This document shows, piece by piece, positions 1-9,379 of a stretch of 32,000 bases of DNA. A program made the position numbers and the translations under genes. Source of the DNA: Mucisphaera calidilacus (GTDB lineage: Bacteria > Planctomycetota > Phycisphaerae > Phycisphaerales > Phycisphaeraceae); NCBI RefSeq assembly GCF_007748075.1, contig NZ_CP036280.1:3300001-3332000 (forward strand), written 5' to 3'. Numbering within the stretch: the first letter of the stretch is position 1; every line of letters begins with the position of its first letter. Below the pieces are notes generated by a model. The model was not told the origin of the DNA. It saw only the letters and a list, made by a program, of their open reading frames with translations, and did not search any database.

Positions 1-532
1 GATCGAATGTGCCGCTGGGATCCACGATGCTTGGGTTGCGGAACGAATACCCATCGGTGGTTTCCCACACCTTGCCTGTTCCATCGACGCCGAGTTCACC
101 AAAGACATCCACGATGCTGGCGTCCGACCCGTCGCCGGTGGCCGGGCCGTCGAACAGGGCGATCACGTCGTCGCCGTTGATGAAGGCACCGAGTGCGAAG
201 TTGTCGGGATCAAAGCCATAAGTGTCAAAGAAGGTGCCCGAGCCCGCGCTGTCACCCGACTCGTAGGAGATCACATAGGAGTCACCCGCTGCAAGGCTCC
301 CCGACAGGACCGTCGAGGCTCCGCCGCCAAGGTTGGTGCTGCCGTTATTGAAGTTGCCGATCGAGAAGTTGGACAGGTCGATCGTGTCACCCGAGGTGTT
401 GGTCAGCTCGACGAACTTGGGCAGGCCGCCCGGGAGCGTCGCGTCAACGACTTCAGAGATGATCAGCCCGCCGGCAAACGCACCGGAGGTCAGACCGAGG
501 GCTGCGACGGCTGCGAGGCTCTGCTTGAACAT
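1..532 (-). CDS. Secreted protein, N-terminal fragment only (gene runs off the left window edge); signal peptide plus lamin-tail-domain (LTD)-like segment
   Basis: Own translation of the minus strand from ATG at 532..530: MFKQSLAAVAALGLTSGAFAGGLIISEVVDATLPGGLPKFVELTNTSGDTIDLSNFSIGNFNNGSTNLGG... The frame stays open to base 1, so it is absent from the ORF track (no stop in window). AGGAG lies 9 nt upstream of the ATG. Hydrophobic signal peptide ending AFA. The ISEV..G...KFVEL.N...DLS pattern resembles LTD N-termini (recognised from memory). Confidence 0.6.
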   Translation of the reverse strand, partial: MFKQSLAAVAALGLTSGAFAGGLIISEVVDATLPGGLPKFVELTNTSGDTIDLSNFSIGNFNNGSTNLGGGASTVLSGSLAAGDSYVISYESGDSAGSGTFFDTYGFDPDNFALGAFINGDDVIALFDGPATGDGSDASIVDVFGELGVDGTGKVWETTDGYSFRNPSIVDPSGTFD

Positions 533-698
533 GTTTCTTCTCTCCTGAGTGTGAACGTGTAGATGAGCGCTGTTTACGCGGACACCATACATGCCTCGCC
601 AGTTCGTTCGATGAGCGTGAGGTTAGATCTGCGTTAGGGAAGCGACACACACGTCAATCTGGCCTGACCGGGCAGAACAGGCAAAGGAGCGCCGGCGC

Positions 699-727
699 AA
701 AAAAAGCCCCGGATCGCTCCGGGGCTG
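699..727 (-). terminator. Rho-independent terminator downstream of the PEP-CTERM gene 754..1659
   Basis: On the minus strand: AGCCCCGGA-GCGA-TCCGGGGCT (9-bp GC-rich stem) followed by TTTTTTT. Located 27 nt past the stop codon. Confidence 0.65.
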
Positions 728-753
728 TTCAGGATTCAATGAAACGGGCGTGC

Positions 754-1659
754 TCAGCGGCCGCGACGGGTCGCGACGGCCAGCAGGCCGATCATGCCGG
801 CACCGAACGCCGCGGGCGTCGGGACAACAGCAGGTGCTGCCGAGACAGACAGGTTATCGAAGTAGAGCCCGCCATCGTCGAGTGCCGCGACACCGCCGGT
901 GTTGCTGCTGAAGTCCACGGGATTGACCACGCGGAAGATGACACTATCGATCGCAACGGGGCTGTTGTAGCCGCTGTACGTCTCCCAGGTGGTGGTCGAC
1001 GTGACCGAACCGTTGAGATCGATGCTGACGAGGTCGTTGGCCAGGCCATCGATGAAGGTCATATCAACCTCAACCGAGTGCCACGCGTCACGAGCCAGTC
1101 CGGTCGCGAGCTGAATGAAGTTGAACGAGCCGTTATCGACCTCCCACCAGCCCACAGAAAGACCGTCAGTGCCATCATCGGTAAAGCGAAGGATGCCCTG
1201 GCGGCTGGCTGTGCCTGCCTGGAAAGGCGTCACGTCGATCGAAAGCCCCTCCTGAACGGTGTCAAGGACCGAGCGGAAATCGAAACTGAAGCTGAAGGTG
1301 CCAGGCGTGCCAATCGTCCCGGTCTCGCCGACCGCGTCAACGGTGGGGGTCGAGGCGTGGGTGGTGTCGTAGTTGCCCGAAACCTTGGCGTTCGAGAGCC
1401 GGTAGGCCTTGCCGGACGACGTGCCGGTGTCCGCGATCTCGCCGTCGTACTGCGAACCGGGGACGCCGTTGTCAGCCAGACCCGATGAACCGTTGCCGCG
1501 CCAGTTGTTGCTGCCAGCAGCAGGGTCGGTGATCAGCGGGTTGGAACCCGTCGTGTCGCTGCCGAGCGAAAAGTTCTCGAAATCAGTGGTGTAGGAGGAC
1601 GCCGCCAACGTCGGGGCCGCCATGCAGGCGACAGCAGCCAATGTGCTAATACTTCTCAT
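754..1659 (-). CDS. PEP-CTERM sorting-domain secreted protein
   Basis: ORF track 754..1746. I prefer the internal ATG at 1659 (MRSISTLAAVACMAAPTLAASS, a signal peptide) preceded by GAGAGGAACAGAAG. The C-terminus VPTPAAFGAGMIGLLAVATRRGR has the P-x-P motif, a hydrophobic helix and an Arg cluster, which is the PEP-CTERM architecture. The body is Thr/Ser/Gly/Asp-rich and beta-rich. Confidence 0.8.
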   Translation of the reverse strand: MRSISTLAAVACMAAPTLAASSYTTDFENFSLGSDTTGSNPLITDPAAGSNNWRGNGSSGLADNGVPGSQYDGEIADTGTSSGKAYRLSNAKVSGNYDTTHASTPTVDAVGETGTIGTPGTFSFSFDFRSVLDTVQEGLSIDVTPFQAGTASRQGILRFTDDGTDGLSVGWWEVDNGSFNFIQLATGLARDAWHSVEVDMTFIDGLANDLVSIDLNGSVTSTTTWETYSGYNSPVAIDSVIFRVVNPVDFSSNTGGVAALDDGGLYFDNLSVSAAPAVVPTPAAFGAGMIGLLAVATRRGR

Positions 1660-1805
1660 CTTCTGTTCCTCTCGTAGTGATGTAAGCGTTCCAGCAAGTG
1701 GACTCATGAAACGAGTCGCCCCACCAGAAACATAACCCATACTCACATATGAATCAAGGATTTTTTTGCGATTCAGTATCGACGCGTATCCCTAATATTA
1801 GGGGG

Positions 1806-2813
1806 TCAGGCGTTCTCTGGCTGCGTCGGGTCAGGGCGGAACAGGCGCGTCTCGAGCGCCCAGATCTTCTCGGTAAAGTCCCCGCCGAGTGCCGCTGGCT
1901 TGTTCAGGTCGTCGCGTTTGGCCGAGGTGATCGCCAGATTCAGCTTCGCGTCGGCATTGTCAAACAGCGAGATCGCGATCGCCTCGGGCGTCGCCGGGAT
2001 CTTCAGCGCCCCATACTCCGGCTGACCGTGGTGCGACAGGATGATGTGCTCGAAGACCGCCAGCAGCCGCTGGGGAATGGTGACCCCGATCTCCGGGTCC
2101 TGGCAGGCGCGGGCCTTGTCGTTGAGCCAGACCACACCCCGCGCAATATGCCCGACGAGCTGGCCGTCCTCGGAGTAACTGAAACCGCTGTCCCACTGCA
2201 GCTCCGAGCACTTGCCCAGGTCGTGGATGAACAGCCCGAAGATCACCACGTCCCGATTCAGCTCGGGGTAGTTCGGCAGGGCCGCGTCGGCGAGCTTCAT
2301 GACCGAGAGCGTGTGCTCCAGCAGGCCGCCGAGATAGGCGTGGTGGAGCGTCGTCGCCGCGGGGGCGTTGCAGAACCGGTCCATCAGGTCGCCGTCCTCG
2401 AGGTAGCGGTCACGCAGCGCCCCGATGTTCGGATCCGTGATCGTCCCCAGCAGCCGGACGACCTCCGCGAACATCTCGTCGATGTCACGCGTCGTCGAGG
2501 GCAACAGCTCGCGCAGCTCGCTCGACGTCGGCTCGTGCGCTCGGATCCGCTGGATGATGATCTGCATCTCGCCCTGGTAAGGCTGGGTCTGCCCTTCGAG
2601 GTAAACAAACCCGTCCGTTGGCAGCTGCGCAAAAAGCTCGTCGGTCGCGTTCCACATCCGCCCGGGCGTCCGCCCCGAACGGTCGGCGATCAGGCACTTG
2701 ATGAAGGGCTTGCCGTTCTTGGTCTGCCCGAGTTGGCAGTTCTGGATCGCGTAGACGCCCTCGATCAGCTCGGCGGGGCGAAGGTCGTTGATGAGGACAC
2801 GTGTTGCGGACAA
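1806..2813 (-). CDS. YhaM-like 3'-5' exoribonuclease (OB-fold plus HD-domain phosphohydrolase)
   Basis: N-terminal OB-fold pattern (GVYAIQNCQLGQTKNGKPFIKCLIADRSGRTPGRMWNA) and an HD domain (HHAYLGGLLEHTLSV...FGLFIHDLGK...GHI...LSHHG). TTG start at 2813 with GAAAGGG 6 nt upstream. Confidence 0.75.
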   Translation of the reverse strand: MSATRVLINDLRPAELIEGVYAIQNCQLGQTKNGKPFIKCLIADRSGRTPGRMWNATDELFAQLPTDGFVYLEGQTQPYQGEMQIIIQRIRAHEPTSSELRELLPSTTRDIDEMFAEVVRLLGTITDPNIGALRDRYLEDGDLMDRFCNAPAATTLHHAYLGGLLEHTLSVMKLADAALPNYPELNRDVVIFGLFIHDLGKCSELQWDSGFSYSEDGQLVGHIARGVVWLNDKARACQDPEIGVTIPQRLLAVFEHIILSHHGQPEYGALKIPATPEAIAISLFDNADAKLNLAITSAKRDDLNKPAALGGDFTEKIWALETRLFRPDPTQPENA

Positions 2814-2909
2814 GGCGAACCCTTTCGTCGGTGTTCTGGATCACGCATCCTAGCGGCAACCACGCCGAGCCAACAGCATTCGGGTGACACATGCCTGTCA
2901 CGCGGCCAC

Positions 2910-2940
2910 AAAAAAACCCCGGCATCCGGATGCCGGGGCT
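2910..2940 (-). terminator. Rho-independent terminator downstream of the DUF1559 gene
   Basis: Minus strand: CCCCGGCAT-CCGG-ATGCCGGGG (9-bp stem) followed by TTTTTTT, about 27 nt after the stop at 2967. Confidence 0.65.
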
Positions 2941-2966
2941 CATGGATTCATCTCGGTGCCTCGCGA

Positions 2967-3797
2967 TCAGCCGCTGTCCGCGTCGCTCTGATCAAAGGTC
3001 GGGAAGTCGAAATCGGGGTTGGCGTCGTCACGCCAGTAGCCCATCTCCTCGTAGCGGAAGGTGAGTTTCCGGGGGTCATAGGACGAGAAGCCGGCGACGT
3101 GGCCGTCAGCGAACAGGACGTTCAGTGACCCCTGGTGGTGCGGCTTCCAGAACGCCCCGGGGTTGCGGATGTTGTCCGGGACGATGGGCGAGTTGCTCCA
3201 GACCAGACACTCCTGCGTGTAGTCGTCCTTGTCCGCGTCCACTTCATCGAACCGGCGGTTCAGGTCGCCCCCCATGACAAAGGCAGACGTCTGATGAATT
3301 CGCCTGCGGTCTGTCGGCTCCCAGCGGAACTGAGCAAACTCCGCCGGACGGTTCTTGATCTTGTCGATGTACGCAGCGTTGCCCGAGAGGAAGTAGTGGT
3401 ACCCCGAGATGTCCTCGCCGTTGCTGTTGGTGGTGTCGATCTCGATGGGATAGCTGGGGCAGCCCGCGTACCAGTACTCGTCGTCCGAGATGTAGGTCGA
3501 GAGCTGCTGCATCCAGGCGTACATCCCCGAGCCCCCGGAGGTATTCGTGTCGATGCCGTCGCGCTTGTCCCAGGGGATAAACCCGCCCGCGATCGGGTAC
3601 CGCTCCTTGTTGTCGTTGGCGTAGATCTCCAACGCGATCCCCACCTGCCGGATGTTGCTCGAACACTGCATCGACCGGGCCGTGTTCCGCGCCGCGCCCA
3701 GCGCCGGCAGCAGGATGCCGATGAGCAGGGCGATGATGGAGATGACCACGAGCAGTTCGATCAGCGTAAAGCCGTATGTCCCCTTGATGCGTTGCAT
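2967..3797 (-). CDS. Prepilin-type N-terminal cleavage/methylation domain protein, DUF1559 / H-X9-DG family
   Basis: Preferred start is ATG 3797 ([33 protein letters not shown], a class III signal peptide / pseudopilin N-terminus). C-terminal [14 protein letters not shown] matches the H-X9-DG signature. The track ORF extends 13 codons further upstream to 3836. Confidence 0.85.
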   Translation of the reverse strand: MQRIKGTYGFTLIELLVVISIIALLIGILLPALGAARNTARSMQCSSNIRQVGIALEIYANDNKERYPIAGGFIPWDKRDGIDTNTSGGSGMYAWMQQLSTYISDDEYWYAGCPSYPIEIDTTNSNGEDISGYHYFLSGNAAYIDKIKNRPAEFAQFRWEPTDRRRIHQTSAFVMGGDLNRRFDEVDADKDDYTQECLVWSNSPIVPDNIRNPGAFWKPHHQGSLNVLFADGHVAGFSSYDPRKLTFRYEEMGYWRDDANPDFDFPTFDQSDADSG

Positions 3798-3924
3798 AGT
3801 GCCTCGTCCCTCATGTTGTCGTGGCGGCCAGGCCATTCGTTACGGATGAACACCAGACCGTCGTTCCTCTCCCCATAATATCTCACCCAAACCGGCCCCG
3901 GCATGAAAAATCCGTGAAGCTCAG

Positions 3925-5427
3925 TCAATCAGTCAGTGGCTCGGTCAGACTCCGGCGGAGAATCTTCCCCGTCGGGTTGCGGGGCAACTCGTGCAGACGA
4001 TGAATCTCCCGCGGCACCTTGAAGGGCGCCATCCGCTGACGGCAGTGGTTGCGCAACGCCGCCTCGTCGAACTCTGCACCCTCCTCCATCTCCACGAAGG
4101 CGATCGGCACCTCGCCTCGCTTCGGGTCCTTACGCCCGATAATCGCCGATGCTCGGACCGACGGGTGATCGTTGAGCGCCTCCTCGATCTCACGCGGGAA
4201 GACGTTCTCGCCGGCGATGATCAGCATCTCCTTCTTCCGCCCGGTGATGTAGAGATAACCCTCCTCGTCCGTCTGCCCGATGTCCCCCGTGCGGAAAGCC
4301 CTTAGGGGTTGTCCGTCGGGCGTCTGGATCGTCGTGATCACCTCCTCCGTCAGCTCCGGCAGGTTGTGATACCCCGCCATCACGTTCGGCCCCGCGATCA
4401 GAATCTCCCCGTCCTGCCCGGGCGGCAGGATGTTGCTCTCCTCGTCCACGATGATGTTGCGCACCGACGGCAACGGCAGCCCGACCGACCCGAGTTTGTT
4501 CCGGCCCGGCAGCGAGCAGTTCGTGACCGGAGCGGTCTCGGTCAGGCCATACCCCTCGCACATGGTGATGTTCAAGCGATCCGTCACCGACTCCGCCAGG
4601 TCCCGCGACAGAGGCTCGCCCCCCGATACCGCGAACTTCAGCGACGCGTAGTGCTCGGCAGGCACCTCCTTGAGGCTCAGCAGAGCACCGAACATCGACG
4701 GAACCGCCACGAACACCGACGCCTGATGCTCGTGGATCAGCTCGCACACCTTCTTCGGGTTGAACCGCGCCGTGTAGACCACCTTCACCCCACGCGTCAG
4801 CGGCCAGAGCGTCAACGCCGTCACACCAAACGAGTGGAACTGAGGCAGCACGCCCAGGAACACCTTGCCGTAATCGATATCCCGCGCGAACTCGATGATG
4901 TCGAAGACGTTGGCGGACAGGTTGCCGTGCGTCAGCCGAACCCCCTTCGGCTTGCCCGACGTTCCCGAGGTGTAGAGCAGCAACGCGTCCTCGCCCGTCT
5001 TCGGCAGAGACGGCCAGCGCAGCTCCGGTATCTTGCGCAGGTTCAGCTGTTCGAGGAGCACCGGGCGTGTCGTGTCGGGGAGGTTCTCAAGACCGCCGAT
5101 GAAATCGATCATCTTGTCGATCGTGATGACCGCGTCGATCCCCGAGTCTTTCGCGACGTGGTGCAGGTCATCCCGTGACAGCAGGTAATTCAGCGGCACG
5201 GGCGTCCGCCCCGCGAGCCAGCAGCCCAGCAGCGCCGCGGGAAAGGCGCCCGACGTCGGCAGCATGATCCCCACCCGCTGCCGATCGGTCTGCCTGCGGA
5301 TCACGTCGGCCAGCGCCAGCGCCGCAAAGCCGAGCTTGCCATAGGTCCACGTGCCACGATCATCCACGATCGCGGTTCGCGTCGGGAAACGCACACAGTT
5401 CAGGAGTATGGGCCAGAGTGGTGTCAC
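3925..5427 (-). CDS. AMP-dependent synthetase/ligase (acyl-CoA or acyl-ACP synthetase, long-chain type)
   Basis: AMP-binding signature LLYTSGTSGKPKGV, plus GYGLTETAP, FRTGDIG and GRKKEMLIIAGENVFPREIE. GTG start at 5427 with GGGAAGGA 6 nt upstream. Confidence 0.85.
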   Translation of the reverse strand: MTPLWPILLNCVRFPTRTAIVDDRGTWTYGKLGFAALALADVIRRQTDRQRVGIMLPTSGAFPAALLGCWLAGRTPVPLNYLLSRDDLHHVAKDSGIDAVITIDKMIDFIGGLENLPDTTRPVLLEQLNLRKIPELRWPSLPKTGEDALLLYTSGTSGKPKGVRLTHGNLSANVFDIIEFARDIDYGKVFLGVLPQFHSFGVTALTLWPLTRGVKVVYTARFNPKKVCELIHEHQASVFVAVPSMFGALLSLKEVPAEHYASLKFAVSGGEPLSRDLAESVTDRLNITMCEGYGLTETAPVTNCSLPGRNKLGSVGLPLPSVRNIIVDEESNILPPGQDGEILIAGPNVMAGYHNLPELTEEVITTIQTPDGQPLRAFRTGDIGQTDEEGYLYITGRKKEMLIIAGENVFPREIEEALNDHPSVRASAIIGRKDPKRGEVPIAFVEMEEGAEFDEAALRNHCRQRMAPFKVPREIHRLHELPRNPTGKILRRSLTEPLTD

Positions 5428-5548
5428 GCGTTGTCCTTCCCGTCCCGGCAGCCTGCCTAGAGATTACACGCCCCGGGCCTCGCGGGCAGGGGGGTTGGGG
5501 GGATGGTCGTGCTCGCTCGCCGGTGCTTGCGCACGCTCTCGCAGCGGC

Positions 5549-7918
5549 TTACTGGAAGGGCAGCGAGATATCGAAGCTGATCAGCTGCGTCTCGTCGTCC
5601 TTCTGCTTGAGCAGCGGGAAGCCAAAGTCCAACGCAAACGGAGCCGCGCCCAGGAACGGCGCTTTGATCCGGAAACCAAAACCAACCGAGGCACGCCAGT
5701 CACTCAGCCCGGGGTCATCGAGGACGGTGCCCTGATCGATGAACACCACGCCGCGCAGGAAGTCGTCGAGCAGCGGACGCTCGTACTGCATCCCGAACAG
5801 CAGCCTGAAGTCGCCGCCGACGAACTGGTCGGTCCGAACCTCATCGTTGGGCGGCGGATTCCCGGTGCTCCGATACCCGCGCGGCCCCACGCCCCGGTAG
5901 TTGAAGCCGCGGAAGGTCCGGTGACCACCCGCGTAGAAACGCTCGAAAGTGGGTGCCTCGTCGTCCGGGAAAATGCCCGAGGTCTGGAAGCGGACGGAGA
6001 AGGTCGACGCCCGCCCGCGGTAGTCAAAGTCAACGGGCCAGAACTTGCGGAAGTCGAAATCCAGCCGCGTGAAGGTGAAGTCGCCACCCAGCGCGCCCGC
6101 CTGCTCCACCGAGAACTGCGTGTTGCTGCCGGTCGTCGGCGTGATCGGGTGGTCCGCGGTGTTGCGACGCAGCACCAGACTCACCCCCGTCACCGTGTTG
6201 TTGCCCGCGACTTCAACCACGTCGTCCGGAGCCGTGTTCTCGATATCTGATATCTCGATCGCCTCGATGCGCGTGCGCACGCTCGCCGACCAGATATCGC
6301 CGAAGCGCTTGCCGACGCCGAAGCTCAGCGTCCCGCGGGTCTCGTCGTAATCGGTCCGCGAGAAATCACGCAGCGCCGCGGTGGTGTTGAAGAAAAAGTC
6401 CGAATCAAACAGTGCCGGCTCGCCGAACGACACCGCGTACTCGCTCTGCTCCGTGCCCGGCTGAAGCGAGAGCCTGAAGTTCTGCCCCGCCCCACGGAAC
6501 GCCTCGGCACGGATCAGCTCACCAAAGCTCTCAGGCGTGTCGAACGCGTCGAAGTTCCGCTGCGTCACCGTCACGCCACCCGAGAGCCCCGAGTCCGAAC
6601 TCAAGCCCACGCCAAAGAGAACAAACCCCGTGTTCTGTTCCTTGACGTCGATCACCACGTCACGCGTGTCCGGGTCCGGCCCCTCGATGATCGTCACCTG
6701 AGGCTGGGCAAACAGCCCCGACTGCTGCAGCCGCTTCTGCGTCAGTTCACGCCCGTTGCCGTCGAACCGCCGGCCCGGGTTCATGCCCCGCACCTCGCGC
6801 AGCACAACCTTCGTTCGAGTCAGGTCGTTGCCCTTGACCGTCACCTTGCCGACGTCAACAGGCGTGGACTCGTTGACGGTCAGCAGCACGTCCACCACCG
6901 CGTTCGCCGGCTGGTAGAGCGGCTCCACATTCACCGCCGTGTCAAGATGCCCGAGCGTCCCGTACAGGCCGTTGATCGCGTCGATGGACGCACGCGCCCG
7001 CTGCTGGCTGAAGTAGTCGCCGGGCAACAGCCGCAGGTGCCGCCTCAGCTGCTCCTCGGGAAAGAGCGTCGCGCCCTCGATCCGGATATTCCCCACGCGG
7101 TACTGCGGGCCTTCATCGACGATGAACGTCACGATCGCGTCCTTCTGATCGTCGGAGAGGCTCAGCCGCCAGTCGACACGCGTGTCGAGATAGCCCCGAT
7201 CGCGGTAGTACTGCCGGATCGCCGCCGCATCCAGGTCGAGCTGATCGCGGTTGAGCCGGCCGTTGCGGAAGATCATCAACGCCGTGTCGGTCTGGATCTC
7301 AGGCCGAAGCTGCTTGGGCTCGAACGCGCGGTTGCCGTCGAAACGGATGTCGCGCACCTTGATCCGCGGGCCCTCCCGCACGCGGAACACGAGCAGCCCC
7401 TCGTTGCTCAGCAGCCCCTCATTGATCGACACGTCCGCGGTGAAGAACCCCTTCTCGCGATAAAGGCCCAGCACCGCCTGCCGGCCCTGCTCGATCAGGA
7501 AGGAGTCGATCGGGTCGCCCGCACGCAGCTGAATGGCCGCGAGCAGGTCCTCGTCGTTGATCGCCTTGTTCCCCACCACCGCCACGTCCAGCAGGGCATC
7601 CAGCTCGTCCACCGCGAACGTGACGATCGCCGACCCGTCCTCCGCCGGCTGCCAGCGGACGCGGACCGTTCCGAAACGCCCCAGGTGCGTGATCCGGGCG
7701 ATGTCCGATTCGATCGTGTCCGGGTTGTACGCCCCGCCCACCCGCGAACGGATCTGGTTGCGGACCAGACTCTCCGAAACCTGCTCCAGCCCCTCCACAC
7801 GGATCTCCGACACCAGACGACCCGCCGGGTTGGGACCGACGGTCTGAGCCACGAGCGAGGAGGCCAGCAGGAGGCTTCCGACCAGGCAGGAGAGTTTTTG
7901 GTGCGGTTTTCGCCGCAA
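5549..7918 (-). CDS. bamA: Outer membrane protein assembly factor BamA (POTRA repeats plus Omp85 beta-barrel)
   Basis: Repeated POTRA-like segments (IRVEGLEQVSESLVRNQI..., VAVVGNKAINDEDL..., IRFDGNRAFEPKQL..., IRIEGATLFPEEQL..., VTVKGNDLTRTKVV...). C-terminal barrel ends in FDISLPFQ with a terminal aromatic residue. I place the start at TTG 7918 (RRKPHQKLSCLVGSLLLASSLVAQ signal peptide, GGAG 8 nt upstream). The 79 upstream codons of the track ORF look non-protein-like. The start is uncertain. Confidence 0.85.
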   Translation of the reverse strand: MRRKPHQKLSCLVGSLLLASSLVAQTVGPNPAGRLVSEIRVEGLEQVSESLVRNQIRSRVGGAYNPDTIESDIARITHLGRFGTVRVRWQPAEDGSAIVTFAVDELDALLDVAVVGNKAINDEDLLAAIQLRAGDPIDSFLIEQGRQAVLGLYREKGFFTADVSINEGLLSNEGLLVFRVREGPRIKVRDIRFDGNRAFEPKQLRPEIQTDTALMIFRNGRLNRDQLDLDAAAIRQYYRDRGYLDTRVDWRLSLSDDQKDAIVTFIVDEGPQYRVGNIRIEGATLFPEEQLRRHLRLLPGDYFSQQRARASIDAINGLYGTLGHLDTAVNVEPLYQPANAVVDVLLTVNESTPVDVGKVTVKGNDLTRTKVVLREVRGMNPGRRFDGNGRELTQKRLQQSGLFAQPQVTIIEGPDPDTRDVVIDVKEQNTGFVLFGVGLSSDSGLSGGVTVTQRNFDAFDTPESFGELIRAEAFRGAGQNFRLSLQPGTEQSEYAVSFGEPALFDSDFFFNTTAALRDFSRTDYDETRGTLSFGVGKRFGDIWSASVRTRIEAIEISDIENTAPDDVVEVAGNNTVTGVSLVLRRNTADHPITPTTGSNTQFSVEQAGALGGDFTFTRLDFDFRKFWPVDFDYRGRASTFSVRFQTSGIFPDDEAPTFERFYAGGHRTFRGFNYRGVGPRGYRSTGNPPPNDEVRTDQFVGGDFRLLFGMQYERPLLDDFLRGVVFIDQGTVLDDPGLSDWRASVGFGFRIKAPFLGAAPFALDFGFPLLKQKDDETQLISFDISLPFQ

Positions 7919-8187
7919 GCGCGAGACTCCAGGGGTCCCAGCGGCTCTCCGAGGCCTATGCTCAGAGATCGCGGGGGGGGTTCGGGTGCAGGGCAGTGTA
8001 ATGAAGTCACGGCGTGCTGCCGATGACACCCCTGCACAGCGAACACCGCTTGTCGGGAACACTTGCGGGTGCGGGTGGGGCCTCCTAGACTTTGCTAAGG
8101 GATGTTCCGTGTTCCTGATGCCGGTGGCGTGACCCGCCGTGACTGAGCGGCGCAACCCGTATGAGTTAGCCTATTCAAGGAGTCGCC

Positions 8188-9321
8188 ATGACCATGGCCA
8201 CGGAGGACGCCACGGTGGTTGAGTCCCGCCCGAGTGATGCGCTCTCTGCCGAAGAGCTGTTGGACATGCTCTGGATGCTGCGCCTGATCCGCCGCTTCGA
8301 AGAGCGGACCATGCAGAGCTATATGCAACAGAAGATCGGCGGTTTCTGCCACATCTACATCGGCCAGGAAGCCGTCGCGACCGGTATCTGCGCCGCCATC
8401 CGACACGAAGACCCCATCGTCGGACCCTACCGCGACCACGGCCACGCGCTGGCCAAGGGCATGGACCCCAACTACTGCATGGCCGAGATGTTCGGCAAGA
8501 TCACCGGCTGTGCCAAGGGCAAGGGCGGGTCGATGCACATGTTCGACCGGCCCAATCACATGTATGGCGGCCACGCGATCGTCGGCGGTCAGTGCCCGCT
8601 CGGAGCCGGACTCGGCTTCGCCCTCCAGTACGAAGAGAAAGACGGCCTCGCCGTCTGCTTCCTCGGCGACGGTGCCCTCAACCAGGGCGCGTTCATGGAA
8701 GCCATGAACCTCGCTTCCATCTGGAACCTCCCCGTCATGTTCGTGCTGGAGAACAACCAGTACTCCATGGGCACCCACATCGCACGAGGCACCTCCATGG
8801 CCGAGGACCTCGCCGCCAAGGCCGAGGCCTTCGGCATGCGCTACGCCGAGTGCGACGGGCACGACGTGCTCGACGTCTACGACGTCTTCGCTCGCGAAGC
8901 AGCCAGGACACGCGGCGCCAAGAACCCCCAGTGGGAACGCGGCGCCATCCCGACCTACAGCCGAGAAGGACGCGACCCCGGCCCGGTCTTTGTCAACGCC
9001 AAGACCTACCGCTACCAGGGCCACTCGATGTCCGACCCGCAGAAATACCGCAGCAAGGACGAGGTCGCCGAGGTCCAGCAACGCGACTGCATCGAGTCGC
9101 TCGAACGCCACCTGCTCGACCGCGGCATGGCCGATCAGGCCAGGTTCGACGAGATCGACGCACGGGCCAAACAGGTCGCCACCGACTCGGTGAAGTTCGC
9201 CGAGGCGTCCGAACCCCTCTCCGCCGACGAGCTGTACACCGACGTTTACGTCAACACCTTCGGGCCCTATCGCCGTGGCGAAACGGTACAGATCCTCCGC
9301 GACGCGGAGAACAAGGACTGA
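8188..9321 (+). CDS. pdhA: Pyruvate (2-oxoacid) dehydrogenase E1 component, alpha subunit (TPP-dependent)
   Basis: GFCHIYIGQEAVATG, YRDHGHAL, GKGGSMH, the TPP-binding motif GDGALNQGAFMEAMNLASIWNLPVMFVLENNQYSMGT, and YRYQGHSMSDP. AAGGAG lies 5 nt upstream of the ATG. Confidence 0.9.
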   Translation: MTMATEDATVVESRPSDALSAEELLDMLWMLRLIRRFEERTMQSYMQQKIGGFCHIYIGQEAVATGICAAIRHEDPIVGPYRDHGHALAKGMDPNYCMAEMFGKITGCAKGKGGSMHMFDRPNHMYGGHAIVGGQCPLGAGLGFALQYEEKDGLAVCFLGDGALNQGAFMEAMNLASIWNLPVMFVLENNQYSMGTHIARGTSMAEDLAAKAEAFGMRYAECDGHDVLDVYDVFAREAARTRGAKNPQWERGAIPTYSREGRDPGPVFVNAKTYRYQGHSMSDPQKYRSKDEVAEVQQRDCIESLERHLLDRGMADQARFDEIDARAKQVATDSVKFAEASEPLSADELYTDVYVNTFGPYRRGETVQILRDAENKD

Positions 9322-9379
9322 CGCCGTGGCAAACGCCCGCGGCCCAGTGATCAACCCTATCCACGTTTATGCAGGAATT

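Noticed and set aside
1749-3128. 459-aa plus-strand ORF spanning the yhaM-like and DUF1559 genes
   Set aside because: It crosses a terminator and an intergenic region and is antisense to two motif-supported genes. The composition is Arg/Leu/Val/Pro-biased.
7919-8155. 79-codon N-terminal extension of the BamA ORF
   Set aside because: The translation (…RRPHPHPQVFPTSGVRCAGVSSAARRDFITLPCTRTPP…) has no signal peptide and is not protein-like. A TTG with a GGAG upstream sits directly before a good signal peptide. The region is more likely 5' UTR/promoter shared with divergent pdhA.
8095-9354. 419-aa minus-strand ORF opposite pdhA
   Set aside because: Antisense to an unambiguous E1-alpha gene. The Gly/Ala/Val/Asp-rich translation is typical of a high-GC antisense frame.
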